Source of the DNA: Chlamydiales bacterium
Lineage (GTDB): Bacteria > Chlamydiota > Chlamydiia > Chlamydiales > JAAKFR01
Length of the DNA stretch: 39,576 nt
Direction: 5' to 3'
NCBI GenBank assembly: GCA_049281295.1
Contig: JBAPRV010000018.1
Span: 1 to 39,576 of the forward strand
This document shows positions 26,246 to 35,741 of the stretch, one piece after another. The translations under genes were made by a program, and so were the position numbers. Position 1 is the first letter of the stretch. Every line of letters begins with the position of its first letter. The notes under the pieces are model-generated. The model was not told the DNA's origin, did no database searches, and worked only from the letters and a program-made list of their open reading frames with translations.

Positions 26246-27217
26246 TTAGAGAATACTATCAAATTTATGAATAACATCTCGCATAAACGGCAAACGTAAA
26301 TTTTCATCGAAAATCGTTCGGTGTCGTTTAGGCAAAAAATCAAAGTAAGAATCAATTTCTTCAACTTTTACCTTTTGATTTCTACTTTTATCTATATATG
26401 GCCTAGATGCCAATGATTCTCCATACTGAAAAAAATGAAAAGCAATGTTGATCTCTACGTCCGATAAATCTTTTCCAAAATCCAAATAAAGCATTTCTTC
26501 AATGTCCATTGGCAAATCTTGATAATATTTACCTTCATCGTTTGGTAATACAAAAGCTATCTCAATCTTCTTTTGTCCTTTTAATAATCCATTTTTGATC
26601 GATTTTTGAATCAGATAGTAACCTTCGACATATTGCATTAGAGCGTAAGCATGATATACGTCTAAATCACTAATACACTCATAGAGAACGAGTTGATTAT
26701 CAAATAACATTGACACTTTGTATCCACTTTTTTGTCGATCTGCCGAAAGGTTGAAAAGCCACTCTTTTTTAGGTAATTCATTGTTTATAAAAGCACATAG
26801 CTTACTCTCTTTAGAAAAATTTTCGCAGAATTTAAAAAACTGAGAAGTGTATATACATTCAACGGCATAAGAATTAATTCGATTAATTGCATCCCCAATT
26901 GGGCTTGAGGAAGGCATCTCTGCCACCTTGTTTTTAAAATCCCAGGCTTTAAGGGAGTTAAGATATAGTTTAATATCTTTCTTTAGCGTGTAGAGTGGGC
27001 TAAAAACCGATTCCTTCATAAAAATAGCTCCAGCCTTTGGGAGGCCTTGAGTACCCTCATACCAGCAATATATATCTACTGGCCCATCAATGGAGGCAAT
27101 AGTTTTGACAATAACATGTGGTGAACATACCTCTGAAGATAGGTAGATGTTAATTGTCTTTTTGCAAGATGATTCTTGTAAAAGGTTAGTTCCTCTTGAG
27201 ATCCCAAAAACAGACAT
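26246..27217 (-). CDS. Hypothetical protein (orphan, 323 aa) co-transcribed with the racemase
   Basis: ATG at 27217 with SD AGGGGA, 11 nt after the racemase stop. No motif that I recognise. Confidence 0.7.
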   Translation of the reverse strand: MSVFGISRGTNLLQESSCKKTINIYLSSEVCSPHVIVKTIASIDGPVDIYCWYEGTQGLPKAGAIFMKESVFSPLYTLKKDIKLYLNSLKAWDFKNKVAEMPSSSPIGDAINRINSYAVECIYTSQFFKFCENFSKESKLCAFINNELPKKEWLFNLSADRQKSGYKVSMLFDNQLVLYECISDLDVYHAYALMQYVEGYYLIQKSIKNGLLKGQKKIEIAFVLPNDEGKYYQDLPMDIEEMLYLDFGKDLSDVEINIAFHFFQYGESLASRPYIDKSRNQKVKVEEIDSYFDFLPKRHRTIFDENLRLPFMRDVIHKFDSIL

Positions 27218-27228
27218 AATTTCCCCTG

Positions 27229-27897
27229 TCAATTTAAAAAACTTTTTTCTACTATTTTATTTGCTAAAATTTCTAATGGATCAATAATTAACTTACTAGG
27301 CAGTGATAAATCTTTCTTAAAAAGAGACAGTTCTGTGCATCCCAATATGATTGCATTCTCCGGCTGAAATTGGAGAACTGTCAATAAATCTTGTATAATA
27401 ATTTTTTGATTTTGACCTTTTAAAACTTTATCTATGATCCTATCTATCTTTAGTTGCGCTTGAGAATCAGGATACCTGCAAGCAAAAAATCTTTTATGAA
27501 GGCCAAACCGAGCTGATGTTGAAGTGCAAAGAACTAGCGGTATATCAGATTCCGAGGGGATTGCTTTTGCCACCACTTTGAGCAGATGAATGAAATCTGC
27601 TTTATCATCATTTTCATCTAAAAATGCATGTAAAGTATTGCAAGCAATTGCTAAAATTTTTGCATCATTTCGACGCATTTGACTTAGACAACCACTTAAC
27701 TCTTTACGTACCTGCTTAACATCCGTTTGAGAAGATAACATTTCCGAAAAGGGGAAATTAAGAAAAAATACTTTTGGGAAGTCCGAATCTTTGTGGCATC
27801 CATATATGCTTTGTGAAAGGGATAACACTCGCTCAAGTAGCAGTACCCCTGCCAATGGGCCAGCTCCTCCAATGATTCCAATCGATTTGGGTTTCAT
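27229..27897 (-). CDS. Aspartate racemase (Asp/Glu/hydantoin racemase family)
   Basis: MKPKSIGIIGGAGPLAG N-terminus and both catalytic-Cys motifs (IACNTLH and LGCTELS). Confidence 0.85.
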   Translation of the reverse strand: MKPKSIGIIGGAGPLAGVLLLERVLSLSQSIYGCHKDSDFPKVFFLNFPFSEMLSSQTDVKQVRKELSGCLSQMRRNDAKILAIACNTLHAFLDENDDKADFIHLLKVVAKAIPSESDIPLVLCTSTSARFGLHKRFFACRYPDSQAQLKIDRIIDKVLKGQNQKIIIQDLLTVLQFQPENAIILGCTELSLFKKDLSLPSKLIIDPLEILANKIVEKSFLN

Positions 27898-28199
27898 ATT
27901 ATAAAAAAACAAATTAAAGTAGCTATCCTTCCTGTATAAAAAGAGGCTATGAGGATTAAAATAGCCTCCTTTTTGAGGGGAAAAAAATACTCGGTTTTTA
28001 GACTTATTTCAACATTTTTCTAACAACTCTTGTAAAGATGATTTAAAAATTCATAGATGTCTATCAAGTATTCAAGGTTTCGCAAGTTTTTTCCATCATA
28101 GCATTTAGTCAAGACCATGTTTTTACTGGCCATCCTACTATTTACCCTAAATGCAATACAAGAAGAACCAACTAAATTGGGAGAAAATATCTCTATCTT

Positions 28200-28360
28200 T
28201 TAAAGAGGTCATAATATCTTATCCGAACCATGTATGGGATTCAGACATTACCTATATCCCTGTAAGAGGTGGTTTTTTCTTTCCGGTTGCAATGAGGACA
28301 GAAGTTGACAATTTGGAGGCAATTTTTCGTTCTTGACTTTGGAACCCAACTTATAAAATG
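28200..28360 (+). pseudogene. IS3-family transposase (OrfB integrase core) fragment
   Basis: 'PNHVWDSDITYIPVRGGFFFPVAM' matches the conserved 'WvtDiTYi...g..YL..v.D' block of IS3 OrfB. There is no intact flanking ORF and the frames decay downstream. Confidence 0.55.
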
Positions 28361-28397
28361 ACTTCCCTCTGTTCTAAAATAGTAGACAAAACTTGGC

Positions 28398-28685
28398 CTA
28401 AAAAACAATTGTAAACCCTTCGTACAAGGCAGAGGGTTCTTGATAACGGCACGAGATGTGTTCAATCCTCGCAGAGCCGGGATCATTTTTAATCGCCTCA
28501 AGAAACCTTTCTAAGATCTCTTTTGAACCTTGTGCATACACTTCAACCGTACCATCTTTTAAATTTTTAGTTGTTCCGGTTACATCAAAACGGTCGGCAC
28601 AATCCTGAATCGTCCATCTAAAGCCAACCCCTTGAACCCGCCCTTTAAAAATGGCATGCAGTTGAAGGTTTCTCTTCTCGTTCAT
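28398..28685 (-). CDS. acyP: Acylphosphatase
   Basis: Signature 'FKGRVQGVGFRW' and the right length. The ATG at 28685 forms an ATGA overlap with the yggT stop. Confidence 0.85.
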   Translation of the reverse strand: MNEKRNLQLHAIFKGRVQGVGFRWTIQDCADRFDVTGTTKNLKDGTVEVYAQGSKEILERFLEAIKNDPGSARIEHISCRYQEPSALYEGFTIVF

Positions 28686-28930
28686 CGTAGAATTGAAAAT
28701 AATATCCATTGCAATAACTGCAAAGCGATAAAAGCAAACATGGGGCTGATATCCATCATTCCTATCGGAGGAATAATGCGTCGGAATACTTTCAAATAGG
28801 GGTCAGTGTAAAAAGCGATAAAGTGCATAAAGCGGCTCTGGGTAAGGCGAGGAAACCACGAGCCGATCACCCTTGTTAAAAGCATAAATGTATAAGTAGT
28901 AAAAATTATATCACAAAGATAAAGAAGCAT
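28682..28930 (-). CDS. yggT: YggT family membrane protein
   Basis: 'LLTRVIGSWFP...DPYLKVFRRIIPPIGMMDISPMFAFIAL' is typical of YggT/Ycf19. Confidence 0.8.
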   Translation of the reverse strand: MLLYLCDIIFTTYTFMLLTRVIGSWFPRLTQSRFMHFIAFYTDPYLKVFRRIIPPIGMMDISPMFAFIALQLLQWILFSILR

Positions 28931-28971
28931 GATTTAAAAAATTTTTAGAATTTTTGTTCTTGTTATTTTTC

Positions 28972-29000
28972 TTGAAAAATCTTTTTTTTTAGTTTATTAT
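28972..29000 (+). promoter_or_regulatory. Putative sigma70/66-type promoter for the PilM-like operon
   Basis: TTGAAA (28972-77), 17 nt, TATTAT (28995-29000), 25 nt upstream of the ATG at 29025. Confidence 0.35.
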
Positions 29001-29024
29001 TTCCCCAAAAACCTTGATTTATTG

Positions 29025-30407
29025 ATGTTTTTATTCCGAAAACAGATTCATTATATTGGCATTGAATTCTCTGTTTCTCTTATTCGAATAGCGGTGCTCT
29101 CCCGAACCCGCAAGGGTTGGAAAGTTGTCCAATTAAAAGAATTGCCTAAGCAAAAACCGGTTGAGATCCTCTCTCAAGAGGGGATTGTCATCTCAGCCCT
29201 CCCCTCTAGGGAAACCCTTGTCCGTTCTTGCTCTATCCCTCTTAAAAAAGAAAAGGATATTTTATCAGCTTTAGATTTTCAAGTGGAGCCCCTTCTTCCT
29301 TATCCCTCTGAAAAGGCTATTGTTCAAGCTGAGCCTATTGAAAAAAGGGGAGATAAAACAATTTTGACCATTTTTGCAGCACGAAAAGATCACCTTCATT
29401 CTCATTTAGAGGCTCTTTACCAACATGGAGTGGAGCCGGAACAGATCACCTCTACCCCCTCTGCCTTAGCAGCTCTTTGCTCTCTTGTCCCCTATGCCCC
29501 TCCCACCTACCTCATCGTTCATTTAGGAGAATCCGAGGTAACCTGTGTTCTTATTGACCAGGGGAAGCTTTTAACAGCGCGTGCTTTTGACCATAAAGGT
29601 TCTATAGAGGTGGAAATTCAAAAAACTATTTTAAGTTTTTCCTCATCTTATAAAACAAAATCGATTGAAACGATTCTCCTTGTCGGAGACCCTTCACAGG
29701 CAGCAGTTATTCAAAAAACAACTAGCAAGGCAGTGATTCCTTTCTCTCTTCCTTCCTTTAATCTATCAGAAGAAGAGTGCTGTCGTTTTGCACTTCCTAT
29801 TGGAATGGCCCTATCCGGAAAAGGGCCTAATTTTCGTCAAAAAGCATTTATTTATCCTCATCGTTGGAGATGGGTCAAAAAACCGCTGATCGCTTTTTTT
29901 ACTCTATCTGCTTTGCTCACCCTCTCCTTATTTGGCATGGGACAACTCACTATCAACCAAATGCAAAAAAAGATTCAAAATGAATTTAACGCATTGCCGA
30001 AAAGCGAAACATATCATCTTAAGAGCACCCCTTTTGCTTATTTAACTGCATTAAATGAGATAGAGGGCTTTGTGCAGTCTAAATCAAATACATACCCGCT
30101 TCTTCCTCTAGTTCCCAAAGTGAATGAATTGCTTTTATGGCTCTCGGTGCTCCCTGACTCTATAAAAATTGAGTCTTTCCGCTACAACATGGTGAAACGC
30201 CCTACCATCTCGCGCCCTAAAGAACATTATAAAGTAAGAGTCGAGCTCGAGCTGACAGCCAAAGATTCCCAAACGGCAAGTTCTTTTCATGGCCATCTAA
30301 CCTCTCCTAACTTATTTGTCGACCCGAAAGAAGAGATAGAATGGTCTGCTTCAAAAGGAAAATATCGTGCTGTTTTTTATTTGAAAGACAAAACCCGTTA
30401 CAATTGA
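29025..30407 (+). CDS. PilM/GspL-like secretion or pilus assembly protein (actin-like N-domain + TM + C-domain)
   Basis: N-terminus 'IGIEFSVSLIRIAVL' and 'ALDFQVEPLLPYPSEKAIV' resemble PilM motifs. A central TM helix (LIAFFTLSALLTLSLFGMG) is arranged as in GspL. Confidence 0.5.
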   Translation: MFLFRKQIHYIGIEFSVSLIRIAVLSRTRKGWKVVQLKELPKQKPVEILSQEGIVISALPSRETLVRSCSIPLKKEKDILSALDFQVEPLLPYPSEKAIVQAEPIEKRGDKTILTIFAARKDHLHSHLEALYQHGVEPEQITSTPSALAALCSLVPYAPPTYLIVHLGESEVTCVLIDQGKLLTARAFDHKGSIEVEIQKTILSFSSSYKTKSIETILLVGDPSQAAVIQKTTSKAVIPFSLPSFNLSEEECCRFALPIGMALSGKGPNFRQKAFIYPHRWRWVKKPLIAFFTLSALLTLSLFGMGQLTINQMQKKIQNEFNALPKSETYHLKSTPFAYLTALNEIEGFVQSKSNTYPLLPLVPKVNELLLWLSVLPDSIKIESFRYNMVKRPTISRPKEHYKVRVELELTAKDSQTASSFHGHLTSPNLFVDPKEEIEWSASKGKYRAVFYLKDKTRYN

Positions 30408-30408
30408 G

Positions 30409-31029
30409 ATGAAGGTTAAAAAACAATTAGATTCAATTTCTGTTTCTCGATGGATTCTGTATTTAGTGATTCTCGGTCTTTTCCCTCTCGTTTATGTGGG
30501 ATATGATTTTTTGAAAAAAAAGCAGAAATGGGAGAGTGTTTTGCATCGAGTTGCAACCGTTCGCCGTCTTTCTGAAACAAAAGAGCGCAGGCAGTCCGTT
30601 AACCATCTTATTCGTGAAAAATATGCCGATGTAGACTCCTTTTACATCGATAAAGAGCTTGAATCCCTCTCTTTTCTCGAAAAAGAGAGAGAGTCTTTGG
30701 AAAAAATACTGCAATCGCAGACTTTTACCGGCAACGAATGGGTAGAAAACCGCTTTGCTTTTATAAGCGGCGGGAAAAATAGTCTTCAGTTTGTAGAAGA
30801 AGAGTTGCAGCTAGGGGAGGGTTTTCAAGAAAGCATAGAAACCCTCTCGCACCCAGTTGAAGTGGACTCGAATGATCTTAAAAACATCCTGACAGGCATA
30901 GAAACGTACAGTCAAAGGCAGCCTCAACTCATTATCACAGATTTTATGTTCAAAAGAAAAAGCAATCCTGAAGGGAGCGAGGTCTATGAGCTCACTACAA
31001 AATTTTTAAAAAGGGAATTTATAAAATGA
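30409..31029 (+). CDS. Hypothetical single-pass membrane protein
   Basis: N-terminal TM helix (WILYLVILGLFPLVYVGY). Starts 1 nt after the upstream stop and overlaps the downstream ATG by 4 nt. Confidence 0.65.
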   Translation: MKVKKQLDSISVSRWILYLVILGLFPLVYVGYDFLKKKQKWESVLHRVATVRRLSETKERRQSVNHLIREKYADVDSFYIDKELESLSFLEKERESLEKILQSQTFTGNEWVENRFAFISGGKNSLQFVEEELQLGEGFQESIETLSHPVEVDSNDLKNILTGIETYSQRQPQLIITDFMFKRKSNPEGSEVYELTTKFLKREFIK

Positions 31030-32288
31030 GTAGAGTCTCCTGTTTTCTTTTTTTGCTCTCTCTTTTTTGTGGAGCATGCATCTCTCCCAACCGGATCCCT
31101 CCTGACAAAATCGTCAGCATCAATATTATTGATCGCAATGGGATGTCGGAGATTATCAGTTCTAGAGATCGTCTGGACGGTTTTGAAAAAACAGACTTCT
31201 TATCGTCCCAACCCTACCAAAAAGTGATGCGCGTCTACGGCAGAGAGAAAAACGGAGATGTCAACTCACGGATTACCAGCTACCATCCTAATGGACAAGT
31301 GAAGCAATATCTAGAAGCGACTAACAATTCGGCTTCCGGCACCTATCAAGAGTGGTTTTCCAATGGACAGCTCAAAGTAGAAGCCTCTCTTGTAGGAGGG
31401 GTTGCCGATATCAACACCATGGCCGAGGAGACATGGCTTTTTGACGGCATCAATCGCGCTTGGGATGAGGATGGAAACCTTATCGCAGAGATTCATTATT
31501 ACAAAGGAGAGCTGGAAGGAACCTCGTTTTACTACCATCCTAACGGGAAGGTTTGGAAAGAGATCCCCTTTGAGAAAAACAAAATCCATGGAATACAAAA
31601 GATCTTTCTCGACGATGGAACATTGTTTCAAACAGCCGATTTTAACGGGGGATTAAAAGAGGGGCTTTCCATTCGTTACTGGGAACCCTCAAAAGTCGCT
31701 TGTTACGAGCAGTTCGAAAAAGGGCTTTTAAAAGAGGGAGAGTATTTTTCTTCCGAAGAAGAGGTGGTATCGGAAATCAAAAAAGGGAAAGGATTTCGCG
31801 CTCTTTTTGGTGAAAAAGAACTTCACCAATTACAAGAATACCAAAACGGTATTCAGGAGGGAGCCGTTAAAGTTTACGATGAAGAACAAGCTCTAGCTCA
31901 GCTCTATTCTCTAAAAGATGGAGAGAAAAATGGAGAAGAGATCTACTACTTCCCCGGCTCATCCCAGCCTAAATTACTGCTCAATTGGGAAGGGGGAATA
32001 TTGAATGGACCGGTAAAAACCTGGTATGAAAATGGCAATCTTGAAAGTCAACGGGAAATGAGCCAAAATAAGAAAAACGGTCTTCTCACCGTCTGGTATC
32101 GTAACGGCGCTTTAGCTTTTGTAGAAGAATATGAAAGCGACCACCTGATTAAAGGGGAATATTATAGAAAGGGAGAGAAGGCTCCTCTCTCAATCGTAGA
32201 AAAAGGCCGTGGTGTAGCCTCCCTATTTAATGCCGAGGGAGTGTTTTCCAGAAAAGTCCACTATAAAGATGGAAAGCCCGTTGAATGA
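31026..32288 (+). CDS. MORN-variant (YwqK-like) repeat protein, probable lipoprotein
   Basis: Signal peptide ending ...LFCGAC. Repeated units of the G.Y.EWF.NGQLK / G....WYENGNL / G....WYRNGAL type. Confidence 0.7.
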   Translation: MSRVSCFLFLLSLFCGACISPNRIPPDKIVSINIIDRNGMSEIISSRDRLDGFEKTDFLSSQPYQKVMRVYGREKNGDVNSRITSYHPNGQVKQYLEATNNSASGTYQEWFSNGQLKVEASLVGGVADINTMAEETWLFDGINRAWDEDGNLIAEIHYYKGELEGTSFYYHPNGKVWKEIPFEKNKIHGIQKIFLDDGTLFQTADFNGGLKEGLSIRYWEPSKVACYEQFEKGLLKEGEYFSSEEEVVSEIKKGKGFRALFGEKELHQLQEYQNGIQEGAVKVYDEEQALAQLYSLKDGEKNGEEIYYFPGSSQPKLLLNWEGGILNGPVKTWYENGNLESQREMSQNKKNGLLTVWYRNGALAFVEEYESDHLIKGEYYRKGEKAPLSIVEKGRGVASLFNAEGVFSRKVHYKDGKPVE

Positions 32289-32808
32289 TAAAATCCAATG
32301 GCGCAGCGAGCTGAAAACAAGACTGGCTGCGATTTCACCCAAAAAACGGGAAGAGGGGGCCTCAAAGCTTCTATCTCTGCCTCTCTCATCCACGGGGGAT
32401 ATCCTTTCGTTTGCCTCATTCAGAGATGAAATAGACACCCGCCGGCTAAACCACTATTTAGCTCGCACAAATCGTCTTTTACTGCCTAAAATCGACGGAG
32501 AAGAACTTAAAATTTTTCGAGTAAACCATCTAGAAGAGCAACTCAAACCTAACAAATGGGGTTTGTACGAGCCCTCATCTACCCTTTGTGAAGAAATTAA
32601 CTATAGCCGAATTCAGACTGTTTTAGTCCCCGCTCTTGGTTTTGATACAAAAAATCATAGACTCGGCTATGGAAAAGGGTATTACGATCGCTTTTTGGCC
32701 CAGATTACCTTCTGTCCAACGATAGGAATTGGGTTTAAAGAGCAACTAGTCGATTCTCTTCCGGTAGAGGAAACCGATGTTGCCCTAACAGCCGTAGCTC
32801 TCTTTTAA
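32269..32808 (+). CDS. ygfA: 5-formyltetrahydrofolate cyclo-ligase
   Basis: Hallmark 'LVPALGFDTKNHRLGYGKGYYDRFL'. Start taken at the ATG at 32269 (MESPLNDK...). Confidence 0.85.
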   Translation: MESPLNDKIQWRSELKTRLAAISPKKREEGASKLLSLPLSSTGDILSFASFRDEIDTRRLNHYLARTNRLLLPKIDGEELKIFRVNHLEEQLKPNKWGLYEPSSTLCEEINYSRIQTVLVPALGFDTKNHRLGYGKGYYDRFLAQITFCPTIGIGFKEQLVDSLPVEETDVALTAVALF

Positions 32809-32880
32809 ATCGGTTGACTTCTCTGACAAGATCCTTGAAAATGGGCACCATCTAGATTCTAAGGATTAGGAGAAAAAAAC

Positions 32881-33933
32881 ATGCATCCCTCTGACCGTAA
32901 AAAAGCTCTGGAAGCTGCTGTCGTTCATATCGAAAAACAGTTTGGGAAAGGTTCGATTATGACGCTTGGCAAGCATTCGGACACCCATGAAATTTCAACT
33001 ATTAAAACAGGGGCTCTTTCTCTCGATATTGCCCTTGGCATTGGAGGGGTTCCTCGAGGGAGGGTTGTAGAAATTTACGGCCCGGAATCATCGGGGAAAT
33101 CGACGCTAGCTACCCATATCGTGGCAAATGCTCAAAAGGCGGGAGGGTTGGCTGCTTACATCGACGCTGAACATGCCTTAGATCCCGCTTACGCCGGCCG
33201 AATTGGAGTGGATATCAACGAGCTTATGATCTCCCAACCGGACTGTGGGGAAGATGCCCTTAGCATCGCGGAAATGTTAGCTCGATCCAATGCGGTAGAT
33301 ATCATCGTTATTGACTCCGTCGCAGCTCTTGTTCCCAAAAGCGAGCTAGAAGGGGAGATGGGAGATACCCACGTAGGACTCCAGGCGCGCATGATGTCCC
33401 AGGCACTTCGCAAATTAACGGCCACGCTTTCTCGAACGAATACTTGCGCTGTTTTCATCAACCAGATCCGAGAAAAGATTGGAGTTATGTTCGGGAGCCC
33501 TGAAACAACCACAGGAGGGCGAGCGCTGAAATTTTATGCCTCGATCCGCCTCGATATTAGAAGAATCGGGAGCATTAAGGGGAGTAACAATACAGATGTC
33601 GGAAACCGCGTTAAGGTAAAAGTAGCCAAAAATAAACTCGCTCCCCCTTTTCGATTGGCTGAATTCGACATTCTTTTCAATAAAGGGATCTCTTATGAAG
33701 GGACAGTGATAGACCTGGCAACAGAAAAGGAGATTATCGACAAGAAAGGGGCTTGGTTTAGCTATAATGGGAAGCAACTGGGACAGGGACGAGAAGCGGT
33801 GCGCGACGAGTTGATAAAAAACCTTCCCTTATGCGAAGAAATTGAGAAAAAAGTGCTTATCAGCTACGACATGGCGCCTCGCCCTTCTAAAACGGAAGTG
33901 CAGGAGAAAGTCAAAGAGATGGTGGGGAGCTAA
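32881..33933 (+). CDS. recA: Recombinase A
   Basis: Walker [10 protein letters not shown], '[22 protein letters not shown]', '[14 protein letters not shown]'. Confidence 0.97.
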   Translation: MHPSDRKKALEAAVVHIEKQFGKGSIMTLGKHSDTHEISTIKTGALSLDIALGIGGVPRGRVVEIYGPESSGKSTLATHIVANAQKAGGLAAYIDAEHALDPAYAGRIGVDINELMISQPDCGEDALSIAEMLARSNAVDIIVIDSVAALVPKSELEGEMGDTHVGLQARMMSQALRKLTATLSRTNTCAVFINQIREKIGVMFGSPETTTGGRALKFYASIRLDIRRIGSIKGSNNTDVGNRVKVKVAKNKLAPPFRLAEFDILFNKGISYEGTVIDLATEKEIIDKKGAWFSYNGKQLGQGREAVRDELIKNLPLCEEIEKKVLISYDMAPRPSKTEVQEKVKEMVGS

Positions 33934-34792
33934 TTCTTCCTATCATATGTTCTACAAGCGACAACAACTCTGAGGTATTTAGCTCAAGCTCTTGCAGCAG
34001 TTTTTTAAGCTCGGCAACCTCTTGAGAGAAGGCTTGAAGAGCTCTTTTACGCCCTACCACAGCAGGATAATTGACCTTGCTATGCTCTATATCCTCTTTC
34101 AAATCTAGAAAATCGTCGCTAATTTGAAAGGCCATGCCAAAATGCTTGGCCACCTTTTTGACTTTTTCCAATTCAGTTAAAACGCCTCCGCCAAACAGCC
34201 ATCCAAAAACAAAAGAGATTTCGAAAAGAGACCCTGTTTTCTTATACATAATTTCTTGAACGGTCTCTTCATTGAGCTCTTGAGAGAAAAGATCTAAATA
34301 TTGCCCTCCTACAGCTCCTAAAATGCCGGTATGATAAGTGGCATTTTCCAAAGCCAGGACACAAATGGTATCGGCTTTTTCGATATCTTTTTGCTTTAGA
34401 GCATGGGCATTCAGGCGAATCTGATCATAGCCCGCCGAAATCAAAGCATAGGACGCTAAAAGGGCTGTGGCTTCATCATATGCTATATGAACTGTGGGGC
34501 TGTTTCGACGCCGCTCATCATTATCCATGGAAGGGAGGTCGTCTGCGATTAAAGAGGCAGTATGAAAAAATTCAATAGCCAAAGCAGCCTCTGTCACATC
34601 CAGATCTTTCCCCAACGCCTTAGCCACCATGTAGACAATGGCGGGACGGAACCGTTTTCCTCCATTTTTAAGCGCGTATTCAATCGCATCTCGCAATTCT
34701 GTTTTGGGACCAAACAAACAAATCGCTTTGGAAATAGCCCCTTCAATTTGTTCATGATAGGAGCCTACAAAAGAGTGTATAGTTGACGCCAC
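33911..34792 (-). CDS. ispA: Polyprenyl (farnesyl/geranylgeranyl) diphosphate synthase
   Basis: First Asp-rich motif '[17 protein letters not shown]' and second 'ISDDFLD'. Confidence 0.9.
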   Translation of the reverse strand: MASTIHSFVGSYHEQIEGAISKAICLFGPKTELRDAIEYALKNGGKRFRPAIVYMVAKALGKDLDVTEAALAIEFFHTASLIADDLPSMDNDERRRNSPTVHIAYDEATALLASYALISAGYDQIRLNAHALKQKDIEKADTICVLALENATYHTGILGAVGGQYLDLFSQELNEETVQEIMYKKTGSLFEISFVFGWLFGGGVLTELEKVKKVAKHFGMAFQISDDFLDLKEDIEHSKVNYPAVVGRKRALQAFSQEVAELKKLLQELELNTSELLSLVEHMIGRISSPPSL

Positions 34793-34803
34793 TGTAAAAC
34801 CCT

Positions 34804-35481
34804 TTAAGAATGAGGTGCTAGAGTAACATTTTCAATAGCTTTAAGGATATGGTTTTCTGGAATCACCCCTTTTGCCGTCAGGCAGGGGGCTAAACAACTA
34901 TTTTTTCCTATAACCGTGCCCGGATTAGTGACGGAGTTGCATCCAGTTTGGGCATCATCGCCTAAAATAGCGCCGAATTTTCGCAAACCTGTTTGTATCC
35001 TTTTTTCTCCCCAAAGAATTGAAACTTCTTCTTGATCAAATCGTAAGTTGGCACATTTCGTCCCGGCTCCCAGATTTACCCTGTTTCCAATGATGGAATC
35101 TCCGATATAGGCAAAATGGCCCGCTTTAGCCTCATCGAGAAAAATGGCATGTTTTACCTCTGTCGCGTGCCCAATAATGCACCCGTTGCCCGTAACAACG
35201 TTTCCTCGGACGTAGGCCCCGTGCCGGATCTGGCAGTTCTCTCCAATGACGCAAGGACCCAAGATATAAGCCCCAGCTTCAACGATCGTCTCTTTTCCAA
35301 TAGAGATCTCTTCCGGGTTAATTAAATAGGCTCCTTGATGAATTAAGCCCTCTATATGTCCAAGCGGATGAGATAGAAGGTATTCTTCCAGTTTTTTTAA
35401 AGCATTCCAGACCGGCTGAGTCTCGTTGAATAGAGAGGCATGACCAAATTTGGAGAGATCGAAGAAATACGAAGGATTCAT
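34804..35481 (-). CDS. Hexapeptide-repeat (left-handed beta-helix) transferase, GlmU C-terminal-like
   Basis: Runs of [LIV]-G-x-x-x-x hexapeptides (IGENCQIRHGAYVRGNVVTGNGCIIGHATEV...IGDSIIGNRVNLGAG). Confidence 0.7.
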   Translation of the reverse strand: MNPSYFFDLSKFGHASLFNETQPVWNALKKLEEYLLSHPLGHIEGLIHQGAYLINPEEISIGKETIVEAGAYILGPCVIGENCQIRHGAYVRGNVVTGNGCIIGHATEVKHAIFLDEAKAGHFAYIGDSIIGNRVNLGAGTKCANLRFDQEEVSILWGEKRIQTGLRKFGAILGDDAQTGCNSVTNPGTVIGKNSCLAPCLTAKGVIPENHILKAIENVTLAPHS

Positions 35482-35741
35482 AATTTTTCCTTATACCCCT
35501 GTTGAGATATTGAAAACAACTTTTCCTGATAAGAGAGTAAACTTAATATATATGTATCTTCCTCTTTAGGGGGTGTGGAAATGTTAATAAGTTTGGTGAT
35601 TTAGAGGAAAGAAAGTTATGAAGATAATTTGTGGATAACATGTAAACAAAAGAGAAGATACCGACAACCTTGTATTATGAACAAGTTGGTCGACAATTTT
35701 TTGATCAAGTTATGAACAGTCGACGTTAAAAATTTCTTTGT

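Noticed and set aside
28241-28501. 86-aa minus-strand ORF overlapping the acyP 3' end and the IS3 fragment
   Set aside because: It overlaps the confidently identified acylphosphatase in another frame and has no RBS or motif.
35660-35741. Direct repeat TTATGAACA...GTCGAC (two copies with GTCGAC palindromes) downstream of OMP paralog A; it also has an 'AAGTTATG' similarity to the 19-nt motif
   Set aside because: The repeats are short and imperfect, and only 8 nt are shared with the motif family. I could not distinguish this from chance or a weak terminator.
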